A stretch of 64,000 bases of DNA from Perkinsus chesapeaki ATCC PRA-425 (lineage: Eukaryota > Protista > Perkinsozoa). The translations under genes and the position numbers were made by a program. Below the pieces are notes generated by a model, which saw nothing but the letters and a program-made list of their open reading frames with translations, did not search any database and had not been told where the DNA came from. Positions 1 through 11,437 of the stretch are shown here, piece after piece. Position 1 is the first letter of the stretch. Each line of letters begins with the position of its first letter. The stretch covers positions 39,204 to 103,203 of the forward strand of contig JAAPAO010000049.1 of the NCBI GenBank assembly GCA_013115145.1, read 5' to 3'.

Positions 1-426
1 ATTGATCAACGGTAGAATTGGTTGATCAGATCTCATTGAGGACATCCTGCCCGAGTCCCGTAGCCGGACCAAGAAGCTCAGTTTCAGGCTGATCTACCCA
101 GACAGGAGTGGCCGCTTTGTGATGGCCAGAATAGGGGAGGTACTACTCGCTGGCCAGGATCCATTTTCCCACCAATTTCGTGGCGCGCGGTAAATATATT
201 GAGTTAGGTTTACAACAGTCATGAGGCCTTCCCTGATGGCCGCACCCTAGCTGAGGTGAAGTTCCAGCCCGGTGACTTCTTGGACGTGGCGATACTTGAC
301 AATGAGAAGTTGACCGCACCACTACCGGAGAGGCCTACCAGGGGGCCACGGGGGGCCATGCAGAGGAATGGTGACAAGGAGGATGGAGGAGGAGAAGAAG
401 AGAACAAGGCTGACGAGAAGGAATAG
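1..426 (+). CDS. SAP18: SAP18 (Sin3-associated polypeptide 18), 3' part, spliced, runs off the window start
   Basis: Manual translation: ...KKLSFRLIYPDRSGRFVMARIGE | intron | ...DGRTLAEVKFQPGDFLDVAILD, then an acidic tail to TAG at 424-426. Matches the SAP18 C-terminal motifs (YPDxxGRF, L..F..GD.LDVAI). Confidence 0.85.
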
Positions 427-569
427 AACGATAAAACGCAATGACATTTCCTTCCTTTTTATCGGTATACGTGAGAGGTCTCATACCGCTCCTTCGTCTA
501 GTGTTCCACCGCCACCGCCGGCAGTCAACTCCACCATATCACCGTTGCCACAGTTGCCATTTTTAAGCC

Positions 570-2791
570 ATGCCCCGTCTTATTTCTCTCGCACTATTAG
601 CGTCTATGTTGCTGGTGAACCCAGTCCCGGCGACTAAAGACCAACAGCAGCAGCAGCAGCAGCAGCAGAAAGAGGAGGCCGTCGCCCCAACACCGTTCCT
701 GATCCACATATCCGACATACATGTCTCACAGTAGCCTTCCTACTTCCCTTGGTCGCTGAGGCCCTTTTCAGGTTCAACAACAAAACTTTAGATAAGCTGT
801 CGACGTTCTGCACACAATTCTTGCCTCGAGTCAAGGACCAGGGAATGGTTGCAACAGGTTAGTTATCCATAAACCGCGCGCCGCGAAATTACCGTAGTTT
901 CTTTTTGTCAGTTCTCGGCGGTGATCTTGTCGATTCCAATCCGCGAGTGTGGCGTGGCCAGCCTCTCGGGCCGATCCCAGAGGAGTGGGCCAAATTTAGA
1001 GAAGTTATAGATACCCAGTGCCGCCCCAACGGTCTTATCCTTCCTGTTCGGTACACAGCTAGAGGTGTCAGAATAAAGTTATCGTTTTCATTCTCAGAGG
1101 CAATCACGATGCCTTCACGGTTACCGACTACAATGACCAACGTAATGTTAACTACCGCTCCTTAGCTGATGAAGTGAGAACACCGATGCTTCCGTTTATC
1201 ATAAGATTTGTCTTTCATCAGTTGCTGTCCGATACTCCCGGACTGATACGGGACGCTGAGGGCAGTTGGATGCTGCCCGTCGCCAACGACTACCTCCTCA
1301 TTGGCCTGGACCTTAACCCCTCTACTGGCTCCCCTCGGTACTTCTTCGGACAGTTCCACACGACCACAGAGGAATGGCTCAGACGGGAGTGGCTTGAGAA
1401 GCGCCCCGATAAAAAGGCTATTTTGATATCTCATTACAACTTTGGTGATATTGCCATTGCCAGCCCAGCTCCTTTGACTGTATTTGCCAGGCTCGCTCTA
1501 CCCCGAGGATCGTCGCCGTTTCGTTGCCCTACTTCACGAAGCTCCACACTTCTATGTGTTGCTTAGTGGGCACACTCACACACTATTCGGTCATAGGATG
1601 TACGCGGAGATGGAGGGGCTGCCGGAGATGGAGGTAAGCGGCTGGTCTCCTGGGCGCATGCAAAGCGACACATTGTGGAATCTCGTTCAACGTCATCATC
1701 TAGAATGCTGCGCTCGTTCCTGTTCTGTGTGTTATTGGCGGTCTGGCCGTGATGAGATTTGAGGCCGATGTGGGCTGTCTACGCGCATTTCAGACAACAT
1801 CGGCTATACCATTCAGATACCAGACTTCAAGACCACGGGAACCGTCCGTTTACTCCAGTTGCCTTCAACCGATACTTCCCCGCGCGAATGGCGCTACACC
1901 GTACCAGCCAAAGGGGACCTCCCCCCCACTATCCTGCCCCCTATGGTCGGTGTCAACGGTGAGGTTGAGGTGACGGTTATCGGAGACTCTGTACGCAGTG
2001 TCGAGGTTGTCGCCAAGCACTCCCACACCACACTGCACACCAGAAACGGCAGGCTCTACTATGGCCGCATTGACCCGGTACAGCAGGGCCTCGACAGCAA
2101 TGCAGTGGTCCGAGTAACCTACGGCAGCTCCGGCCAATCCGTCGACGCCTACCTCGTTCCCAAAGACCTTCGTAAGGAGTATTTGTCCCAGCCATTCCGC
2201 TGGGAGTTCACCCACCTTCACGCGTTCATGTTCCTCGGCTCTGCCGGTGTCTGGCTCGGCAACATCGCCCTCACTTGGTTGCTGCGCCATCAACTTGAGC
2301 GTTCAGGCAAGCTCCTGTGGTACCTTATGTGGACGGTCCTTCTCCTTCTCCCTTTTGCTCCCTGGGCATTTGGTACCGGTGTGAAGGGATGCCCCGCGGT
2401 GGTGCTGCCCTACGGCACCCTCTGCCTCTCCCACCTCACCTGTCGCCTACCCAACGATGTGTATGGAATAGCCTTTGTCATACTTAGCGTGAAATACCAG
2501 TTGAGCCTTCTCGCAATACTGACACTTAGTCGTTGCAGCGGATGGTCCCTTGTTACCATTCCCCTTCTGCTCCGGTGGCAGCTGTACGCCACCAACTGGA
2601 TGGCCATAACCTACGCCCCCTTGGCCTTGCTCTGCCCCATCTCCACGATCGTCTGGGACCTCACTTTCTGGTATGATGTTATGCGTCGTTACACTAACCT
2701 CTTCGGCAAGAGAACGCCCCCGCTCGGTTACGAAGAGCTGCAGAAACCCCAACACACCTCGACCTCCATCGGGAGAGATTTGTCATCTTAA
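570..2791 (+). CDS. TMEM62-like calcineurin-like metallophosphoesterase with C-terminal multi-TM region, paralog A (multi-exon)
   Basis: Signal peptide MPRLISLALLASMLL, then HISDIH, GGDL, RGNHD, SHY and SGHTH metal motifs across exons. The last exon (ORF 1859-2791) has several hydrophobic helices. Confidence 0.8.
645..668 (+). repeat. (CAG)8 microsatellite encoding polyQ just after the signal peptide
   Basis: caa followed by (cag)8, in frame in exon 1 of paralog A and absent from paralog B. Confidence 0.9.
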
Positions 2792-2895
2792 CTCTTCAAT
2801 TTCAAGTTATTTAGCTACCATCGCACACGCTTATGTGCTGCCACAAACACTACCGTTTCGGAGTACCGCTGTTGTCGAGTTGTCCAAACAGTGAG

Positions 2896-5023
2896 ATGGC
2901 TAGTGGTGTCAGAATATCTCGTCCAATGGCTCTTGCCCGACTACTCCTTTACACTGTAGCATCAATAGTAGCAGGCCAGACCACCGCCCCAATAGAGCGG
3001 GTGCCCTTTATAATACACATATCAGATATCCATGTGTCACAGTAACCCCCTCGCCGCCCGACTATCCTCGGCATCCCCTCCCAGGTTTAATAACATAACT
3101 ATCGATAAGCTTTCTACATTCTGTCGGGATTTCCTTCCACGGGTGAAGGGCTACGGCTTGGTCGCCACTGGTGAGTTGCCTCTTGCCTTGCCTCTTGCCT
3201 TGCACCAGGACTGTTGCTTTCAGTTCTCGGCGGGGATCTTGTGGACTCTAACGTGGCAGCCTGGAGTGGCCAATATCCGGGGCCTATTGAGGAGGAGTGG
3301 GCCAAGCTCAGTCACGTGCTCATCAATGAGTGTGCGCCCCACAGCCCCATTCTCACTGTTCGGTGAGCTCCTGTGCTTTTGCTGGTTTGCCATCGCTCCT
3401 CCAGGGGGAACCACGACTCGTTCGCCGTTGCTGGTTATGATGATGAGAAGAATCATTTTTACAGAGAGATGGTGGAGCAGGTGGGCGCGTCGCTGGCAGG
3501 GGTCAGTTTCCAGGTTGCCTTATTTCAGTTGTGGCCGAAGTCTGCCGACTTCATCAGAGGGCCGGGGGGAAGCTGGATGCTCCCGATGTCGGACTACTTG
3601 CTCATCGGCCTCGATCTCACCCCATCTGCTGGCGCTAGCCGTCACTTCTTCGGTGTCTTCTCCAACGAGAATGAGGAATGGCTCAGAAGGGAATGGATCG
3701 AAAAAAGGCGGAACATTAGAACCATCATTGTTACTCACTACAATTTCGGTACACAGCTTCCAGGGCCTTGAGGGCTGCATCTGCCTCATTAGGAACACTT
3801 GAGCCGTCCGATCGCCGACGATTTGCCGATCTCTTGCATGAAGCCTCGGACGTTCATGTAGTTCTGTCGGGCCATACGCACACGGTGATGGGCCACTGGA
3901 TGTATGCCCAGTTCGAGCGACTTCTCGAGATGGAGGTGAAGTTGCTTTAGCTTCGGCCGCCGAAGTTCGGCGTTCTCTGTACAGCGCTCGTCAGGTACCC
4001 GACTTCAAGTTCGACGGCCTTGTTCGCCTTCTGCAACTACCGCCTGCCACATCGGAGAACAGCGACCCCCGAGAATGGCGGTATTCGATCCAGCCAGGTG
4101 AGGTCCCTCCCCCGACTATTCTGCCCCCCGTTCTCCACGCCGACGGTGAGATCTTCGTTACGGTGGTTGGGCCGAACAATATCGACAAGGTAGAGGCCAT
4201 CTGGGATGACCACGCTGTGCAGTTGGCGTTGGATGGCTCCGAGGATCATCTTTATAAAGGCCTGTTGGACCCTGCGTCTTCACTTGACTCTGGTATCGTA
4301 CGAGTCACTTACAACACCGGTGACTCTGTCGTAGAAACCAACATATCCCCTTTGAATCCACAGGCTCGGCTTATGGTATTCCCTCTGCAATGGGCGTTCA
4401 CTAACATGCATTACGCTATGTTTCTTGGCTCGGTTGCAGCATGGATTGGTAACATACTCCTTGCCTGGTCGCTCCAGGAGACCCTCGTTCGTTCTGGTAA
4501 ACTGCTACGGTATCTTCTACAAGGCATCGCCATCTTAATTCCCTTTTTGCCATGGAGCTTGGCTGTCGGATATCATAGTTGTCCGAGCATCGTGTTCTCC
4601 TTCGGAATATTCTGTTTGCGGACCCTCTCTTGGATGCCTAACGATACCTATGCAATTGCGTTCATTGGACTGAGTGTGAAGTTGGCCCTTTGCTTTGCGG
4701 TCGTGAAGTCGCTTGATGCTAAGAGTCGTTTGGCGCTTGTCACTATTCCTGTATTGCTATGGGGCCAATACTTCGCTCTGCGATGGACGGTGATGTCGTA
4801 TGGACCCTACGCCCTCATCATTGCGCCCGCGACCACACTGTGGGACGTAGTTTTCTGGTTTGGTATACTTAGAAAGTATATGGGATGGTGTAAACCCAAG
4901 AGGTCGGTCACCGTTCCGTATACTCAGTTGAGATTGGATCATGCTGATTCCACCAGCTCATCAGACAGTTCAGATGTGATAAATGGTACGTCAAGGCGAG
5001 CACGTCGTCGTGCTTCGCCGTAA
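2896..5023 (+). CDS. TMEM62-like metallophosphoesterase, paralog B (tandem duplicate, multi-exon)
   Basis: HISDIH, GDL, RGNHD, THY and SGHTH motifs with the same exon layout as paralog A. The TM-rich last exon (4163-5023) aligns with that of paralog A. Confidence 0.8.
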
Positions 5024-5182
5024 GGTCTTTGATGTTGCGTTCGAGATAAACGCAAAATGTATATAATGTTGAGATGAAATGAAATAATAGTCTGACCTAT
5101 GCCGATGAGCAACAGGGCTATCGATAAGGTAGATGACAAGCTAAAATCCTTATAATAATCCATCATGCACCAGGCGCACTCT

Positions 5183-6412
5183 TCACAGAACCATTATTGA
5201 TCGGTAGACCCCAAAACAGGATCCGATAGCAGAGATAACCAGTAGCGCGCCAAGCCCGCCAACGACAGCCATCCTTTCGGCTGAACCGTCCAAACGTTCT
5301 CCTCGTAAGTAAGATATTCTAAGCCAAAAAATGGTAGGATAGAAGTTGTGAATAAGTGAAAAGCATACTGAGCCTAGAAGGCCTACAAGACCTTGGAAGC
5401 TAGGAATCAGTATAGGGACAAGTATAGTAAAGCCCACCATAATAGTTCGAACCAGGATTGACCATAATATATTCTTATCTTCGATTCTTAAAGCTTTCTC
5501 GACTATCCTGAATGATGGGTTCATAAGGACAACGTAATGTGTAGCACAGACAACCAGTATAGAGAAAATGGCAATATAAGCAATGACACTCAACTTATGA
5601 CCAGTGGGAGACATTGCATCAATAACTGTATCAAAAGTCAGCAACTCATGGCCCCATCCTGCATAACCGGCTGCAGCTATGAAGAAATAAAGTACTATTA
5701 ATATTGACATTGAAATGTTAATAACGCGACTGCGTTGCTCTGGGTACTTCATGTCATGCAATATTGTCGTCGATGTACATGACACGGCGTAACCAAAAGT
5801 CATACTGGCAAATGTAATGCCAAGACCAACAAAGGAGGCTGGCGTGGGATCATAAGTGGCGGAGGAGTCTCGATTTATAGCCTTGAAGATTCCTCCAACC
5901 ACAATGGAGACAAGTAGAACAAACACGGCAGCAACTCCGACAGTTCCACTCACATACCCCACATGCTTCATTGTTCGTAGCCAGGAAAAAGGTAACATAA
6001 TTCCGCCCCAGATAAGTATCCAATACCTCTGATCTATCTGAGGAGCAAGCTTTACCGAGTTGGAGCCGAGTAAGAGCATCAATAGGCAGCTAGTTCCAAT
6101 CAAGGCTGCATTAAGGGCTACCGTAACGCTTATCATACCAATTCGGCCGAAAGCTGCGCGGCCTATATCCTCATAGTTGTGAGTTTCAGAAGTCATACAT
6201 AGTCTAAGAAGTTGGATGTAAAGAATACCAAGTGCACCGCAGAGGATGAGGAGGACAAAGCCAAAGACATAGCCAGCCTCTGCAACGGCCCGAGGGATAC
6301 TTAACATTCCAACACCGACACCGGTGAGGAGCATGTTGGTAACCGCCGACCTCGAAGTCTGCTTACCGGCCTCGATCTTGATGGATGATGTCGACTCTAG
6401 AGTCATTGCCAT
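5183..6412 (-). CDS. Amino-acid/auxin permease (Aa_trans/AAAP) family transporter, copy 1, intronless
   Basis: ~410 aa with about 11 TM helices. Motifs GVGMLSIPRA, YEDIGRAAFG, PFSWLRTMK, DMKYP, GSVCFS. Confidence 0.9.
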   Translation of the reverse strand: MAMTLESTSSIKIEAGKQTSRSAVTNMLLTGVGVGMLSIPRAVAEAGYVFGFVLLILCGALGILYIQLLRLCMTSETHNYEDIGRAAFGRIGMISVTVALNAALIGTSCLLMLLLGSNSVKLAPQIDQRYWILIWGGIMLPFSWLRTMKHVGYVSGTVGVAAVFVLLVSIVVGGIFKAINRDSSATYDPTPASFVGLGITFASMTFGYAVSCTSTTILHDMKYPEQRSRVINISMSILIVLYFFIAAAGYAGWGHELLTFDTVIDAMSPTGHKLSVIAYIAIFSILVVCATHYVVLMNPSFRIVEKALRIEDKNILWSILVRTIMVGFTILVPILIPSFQGLVGLLGSVCFSLIHNFYPTIFWLRISYLRGERLDGSAERMAVVGGLGALLVISAIGSCFGVYRSIMVL

Positions 6413-6648
6413 AAGATAACTCAATAATGAGGCTACTCAGGTCCTGAGGCATCCAGGTTCACGCACTGCTACCCTACGCCCCAGAGCTATACCGATATAC
6501 CCACGCGTGCGATAACTCAGAACTTTTTGATCAGAGGAAATCCATAGGTGATATGAGAAGTGTAGTCATTGGCATGCTCATCATCCATGGTGTTGCTGGC
6601 GCGATCATCACAATTTCCAACACCACCATAAGTACCAGGGCACAGGGA

Positions 6649-8472
6649 TTAAACCTGAGCCTGGAACTCCGAACTCTGCTCGATCTTGAACCAAACTAGC
6701 AATGCTTCGTACCATTCTTCATTCGTAAATGGAGGGTTCATGAAACTAGCAACCCACATTAAAGGATATGCTACTCTTTGTATTGTTGACTGTGATACTG
6801 CCCAGGCGACACTCTCACTTAGGGCATAACTAAACACAGGAGAGAACAGACAGACGCAGCAGCCACACTAACCTCGACACAAAGACCCCATCAACAACAA
6901 GCTCCCCTGTATCGGTGAGTGGGGCGAAAACTCCTTGCACGTCCCGAACTATGGCGATATCAACTAAGAGACTGCCACTCATCAATTTTTCAACATGCTC
7001 ACCGTTCTTACCTATCCGTGACAGAGAGGGCCGCGTTAATGCCCTAATCACCACGGAATCCCCAATAGCAAGATCTCCAGCTCGGCGGAAATCATCTTTG
7101 CCGAAATCAACGCGTACAAGGTGGTCAACCGAGGCACGCAGCGCTCGGCCGTCGGCCATGCGAAGGGAGAGCTGAAGTAACGCACTGCTTCAAGTCGTTC
7201 AAGAGGATACCGCAAGATAGAAGAGGTAGTAGCTTAGAGCTGACGACACAACTAACCGGAGACCTTTGTATCAGAAGTACCTACGTAATGCATCTTCCGA
7301 GAAGTATCTTTGTGGATCCAGCCAACCACTGTAGTCGGGACTCCTTCAATTCCCGACACAATCCTGTCCCCAATTGTGATCTCCGACATATACTTCATGG
7401 AGGAGGCTACAAGAAATAGTCAGCATTTAGATAACCAGCATTTCCTTCGATGCAGGCAGCTGATGCTACTCAACCTTGAGGCGACTTATCGAAGGGGCAA
7501 CCTGCCTTGGCCTCGTGATATCTCCACCAGTGCATTGCCAGGGAAGCATGCCGGTCGACACAGCGACGTATACTCTTCGACCTGATAGGAAGGCCGGAGA
7601 AACGAGTGGGCGACGAGCATACCATGAGTTTACCAAGAGTATTAAGAAGATGGGCACCTTGCTTCGAGCGCGCCTTAAACCTCCGTTCCCTGCAAAGCAC
7701 TAAGGCATTGATCTCGTCCCGGCATTCACGAGAACCTGCGAAGCGTACCGCTGTCCCCGATAAACGCGGAATTACAGAACTTCTTGTGATCTTTGGGCAA
7801 GTATGTGCTATGATGAAGCTCGCCACACTTATTGAGCTGAATAAGGCTGCACAAGCAATATGACAGAAATGGGTCGACGTTGCGGTATGCCGATGCCTGC
7901 AGATTGAGGTCTGCCTCACAATAGATGTCAACAGTATCTGAGCGAGAAGAGCGGAACTGAGCTTTCGCCGCATATCACTAGTGTGTACGATACCCAACTG
8001 AAACAGGTCTAACCAGTAAGTAGGAACCATTAGCACGTGTTATACTGGCGTCCCTCTTTACCTAGAGCCTCCCTACGAAGGGAACGAGTGTATCTCACGC
8101 TACTAAGTAGGCTCGGCTAGCTATCGAAGCCTTTACACTAAACACCTACCTTTATACTGCCCGATACTCGCGGTGCCCCATGAGGTACCTGGTATCTGAA
8201 ACAGATCACGTTCGGGATGCTCTAGGGACACACAGTCGGCCACAAAGCGAAAGCTCACTTGGGTCTTGGTTAGGCCATTACCAAGCGAATGCACCGTGCC
8301 TAAGAACCTTTTCAAGTCAGTTACCCACTTTCGACACCTTACTGGTTTCCGATAACAGGGGAATGCAACACCAGACCAGAGCCCATAAGAGCCCTCCAGG
8401 AAGACGAATCCGCTGCAGTCGGTAAATGGCAAGACCTGAAGGATCCCAGTATCCCGGAGACGCGCAGTCCAT
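6649..8472 (-). CDS. Secreted Hog-domain protein (Hedgehog-type Hint plus SRR-like tail) with a Cys-rich N-terminal domain, multi-exon
   Basis: Reverse-strand exons read: signal-like LLWALVWCCIPLLS; Cys-rich IYCEADL...YCLCSLIQLNKCG...KFCN; PA|CFPGNALVEI; MKYMSEITIGDRIV; VVGWIHKD; LRASVDHLV; GVFAPLTDTGELVVDGVFVSSYA; tail ...YPLMW...EWYEALL. Confidence 0.8.
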
Positions 8473-8646
8473 GGTAGAAAATGCAGCTGAACTCGCGGAA
8501 ATGATACTTCACAAGATTCCTAGGAAAACCGCATCCGAGAACAAGAACGAGAAGAAGACACTGTAGTGTAGATCCGGCGTCGGGACTTGTTCCAGAGAGA
8601 ACTCGAGGGGAGCATCCATATCACACGGCTGTTCTTAATGCACTCG

Positions 8647-9963
8647 TTAATGCAATGCAGATCTACGTATATCGACAGAACGCAACAGAGACCAAGGAAT
8701 AGACGAAGCGCAGATGGCTAACGTGATGACTGCATCATATATCCCACAGACAGAACCGACCAATGATATCAACAGCAAAAGGCAAAGAAGGACTATTTGA
8801 AGAATTGCCCGCTTAGATCCTGCTCTGAACTCACTCCAGAGAAAAAGGCTAATAAAAAATATAGGCGGATAGAAATTATGAATCAGAGAATAACAAACGG
8901 AGCCCAAAAGGCCGATAAGACCCTGGAAATTAGGTACAAATATTGCAACAATAACGGTAAAGGCGACTAAAGTGCTTCTTATAGCACAAGATTTGACAAA
9001 CTGGCCTTCCTTGACATTAAAGGCATGTTCAAGTATACGACTCGATGGATTCAGCATGACAGCATAATGAGTAATACATAACAACAGAATACTACATATA
9101 CTAATATAAGAGACTACATCATGACCAGAACCACTTCCAGTAACAGCATCAATAATATTCTGAAATTTAAGAAGAGAGTTTCCCCAACCAATATAACCAG
9201 ACAATGACACAAGGAAGTAGACAATAGCAATAATGCAAAGTCCCCAATAGACAACTCGTCGACGGGCTTGTGGATATTTCATATCATGTAACACGGTCGT
9301 ACTGGCACATGTTACGGCAAAAGCAAGCGTCATACTTGCGAAAGACATACCCAGCCCAATAGCTGTGACAGGGTACGGGTCATGAGATATATCGTCATGA
9401 ATCTCAGGATTCAACGCTCGAGCGAACCCCGCATAAATGAGCACCAACAAAAGACATATAACCGAAGACACTCCTACTGTACCACTTATATAACCGATAT
9501 GCTTCATATTAGGCAACCATGAGAGCGGTAAGAGGATGCAAGTCCATATGAGTATCCAGTAGGGCTGCGGGATTGCTGGATAAAGCTTATATGAGTTTTG
9601 GCCAAGGAGTAGCATAAGCAAACAACATGTACCAATTAAAGCACCATTGACTCCAAATGTAACAGCAAATAATCCCCATCGACCAAAGACATCCATACCG
9701 ATATCTTCATAACTACGCGTTTCTGGTTTCATACAGGCACGTAGAAGTTGAGTATAGAGGATTCCGACAACAGCACTAAATACCATAAGAATAAATCCAA
9801 ATGCATATCCAGCTTGAGCTATTGCCCTTGGTAGACTGAGCATTCCGACACCAATACCAGTGAGGGCAATGTTGGCCACGGCCGACATGTTCGACTGACC
9901 ATGCGATGGAGTGACACCTGACTTTATGCTGTCGATTGTATCAGATGCCTCTACGACTGGCAT
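8647..9963 (-). CDS. AAAP amino-acid transporter, copy 2, intronless
   Basis: ORF 8647-10020 (likely ATG at 9963) carries the same motifs as copy 1 and has a longer C-terminal tail than copy 3. Confidence 0.9.
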   Translation of the reverse strand: MPVVEASDTIDSIKSGVTPSHGQSNMSAVANIALTGIGVGMLSLPRAIAQAGYAFGFILMVFSAVVGILYTQLLRACMKPETRSYEDIGMDVFGRWGLFAVTFGVNGALIGTCCLLMLLLGQNSYKLYPAIPQPYWILIWTCILLPLSWLPNMKHIGYISGTVGVSSVICLLLVLIYAGFARALNPEIHDDISHDPYPVTAIGLGMSFASMTLAFAVTCASTTVLHDMKYPQARRRVVYWGLCIIAIVYFLVSLSGYIGWGNSLLKFQNIIDAVTGSGSGHDVVSYISICSILLLCITHYAVMLNPSSRILEHAFNVKEGQFVKSCAIRSTLVAFTVIVAIFVPNFQGLIGLLGSVCYSLIHNFYPPIFFISLFLWSEFRAGSKRAILQIVLLCLLLLISLVGSVCGIYDAVITLAICASSIPWSLLRSVDIRRSALH

Positions 9964-10183
9964 TGTGAATAAATCAAGATCGTATTCCCCTGAATCGCCA
10001 AACGCGCCATCTAGATGCACACTGTGAAGAACGCAAATACTTCCGGTGATATGTGTTATTAAATGACTGCAACGATAGCATGACGGCTTCTCTTTTCAAT
10101 GATGATATAAAGTATGGGAAGCGATCCAGAATAACTATGGCGGGAAGCCACCACTCAACTACAAGGATCATCTGCTGGCACAC

Positions 10184-11437
10184 TCAAGACACAAGCGTCA
10201 GAACAGAGTCGTAGATACCACAGATAGAGCCCGCAAGGGATATAAAGAGTAGAATAGTTAGTCCTACGAATTGCATAATATGGTATTTCGACCCGCTCCT
10301 CACTTTTTCCCAGATAAACAGACGAATGTAGAAGATCGACGGATAGAAGTTATGGATCAAGGAAAAACAAACAGAGCCTAGGAGACCTATAAGACCCTGG
10401 AAGTTGGGGACAAATATTGCAACAATAACGGTGAAGGCGACTAAAGTGCTTCTTATAGCACAAGATTTGACAAACTGGCCTTCCTTGACATTAAAGGCAT
10501 GTTCAAGTATACGGCTTGATGGATTCAGTAAAACCGCATAATGCGTTACAGACAATAACAGAATACTACATATACTAATATAAGAGACTACATCATGACC
10601 AGAACCACTTCCAGTAACAGCATCAATAATATTCTGAAATTTAAGAAGAGAGTTTCCCCAACCAATATAACCAGACAATGACACAAGAAAGTAGACAATA
10701 GCAATAATGCAAAGTCCCCAATACACAACTCGTCGACGGGCTTGTGGATATTTCATATCATGTAACACGGTCGTACTGGCACATGTTCCAGCAAAAGCAA
10801 GCGTCATACTTGCGAAAGACATACCCAGCCCAATAGCTGTGACAGGGTACGGGTCATAAGATATATCGTCATGGATCTCAGGATTTAGATCTCGAGCGAA
10901 CCCAGCATAAATGAGCACCAACAAAAGACATATAACCGAAGCCACTCCTACTGTACCACTTATATAACCGATATGCTTCATATTAGGCAACCATGAGACC
11001 GGTAAGAGGATGCAAGTCCATATGAGTATCCAGTAGGGCTGCGCGATTCCTGGATAAAGCTTATATGAGTTTTGGCCAAGGAGTAGCATGAGCAAACAAC
11101 ATGTACCAATTAAAGCACCATTGACTCCAAATGTAACAGCAAATAATCCCCATCGACCAAAGACATCCATACCGATATCTTCATAACTACGCGTTTCTGG
11201 TTTCATACAGGCACGTAGAAGTTGAGTATAGAGGATTCCGACAACAGCACTAAATACCATAAGAATAAATCCAAATGCATATCCAGCTTGAGCTATTGCC
11301 CTTGGTAGACTCAATATCCCGACACCGATTGTGGCGAGTACCATGTTAACCACCGCTGAGAAGTTAGACTGGCCATGACAGGGTGTGAGCTCAAGCTTAA
11401 TGCTCTCAAGTGTTTGACTTGACTCTGGGATTGTCAT
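10184..11437 (-). CDS. AAAP amino-acid transporter, copy 3, intronless
   Basis: ORF 10184-11548 (likely ATG at 11437). Near-identical to copy 2 over ~900 bp at offset 1474. Confidence 0.9.
   Translation of the reverse strand: MTIPESSQTLESIKLELTPCHGQSNFSAVVNMVLATIGVGILSLPRAIAQAGYAFGFILMVFSAVVGILYTQLLRACMKPETRSYEDIGMDVFGRWGLFAVTFGVNGALIGTCCLLMLLLGQNSYKLYPGIAQPYWILIWTCILLPVSWLPNMKHIGYISGTVGVASVICLLLVLIYAGFARDLNPEIHDDISYDPYPVTAIGLGMSFASMTLAFAGTCASTTVLHDMKYPQARRRVVYWGLCIIAIVYFLVSLSGYIGWGNSLLKFQNIIDAVTGSGSGHDVVSYISICSILLLSVTHYAVLLNPSSRILEHAFNVKEGQFVKSCAIRSTLVAFTVIVAIFVPNFQGLIGLLGSVCFSLIHNFYPSIFYIRLFIWEKVRSGSKYHIMQFVGLTILLFISLAGSICGIYDSVLTLVS

Noticed and set aside
6830-7530. Hint domain as an intein
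   Set aside because: There is no terminal His-Asn or C-extein junction. The APLT/SYA ending plus SRR-like tail is Hog-type.
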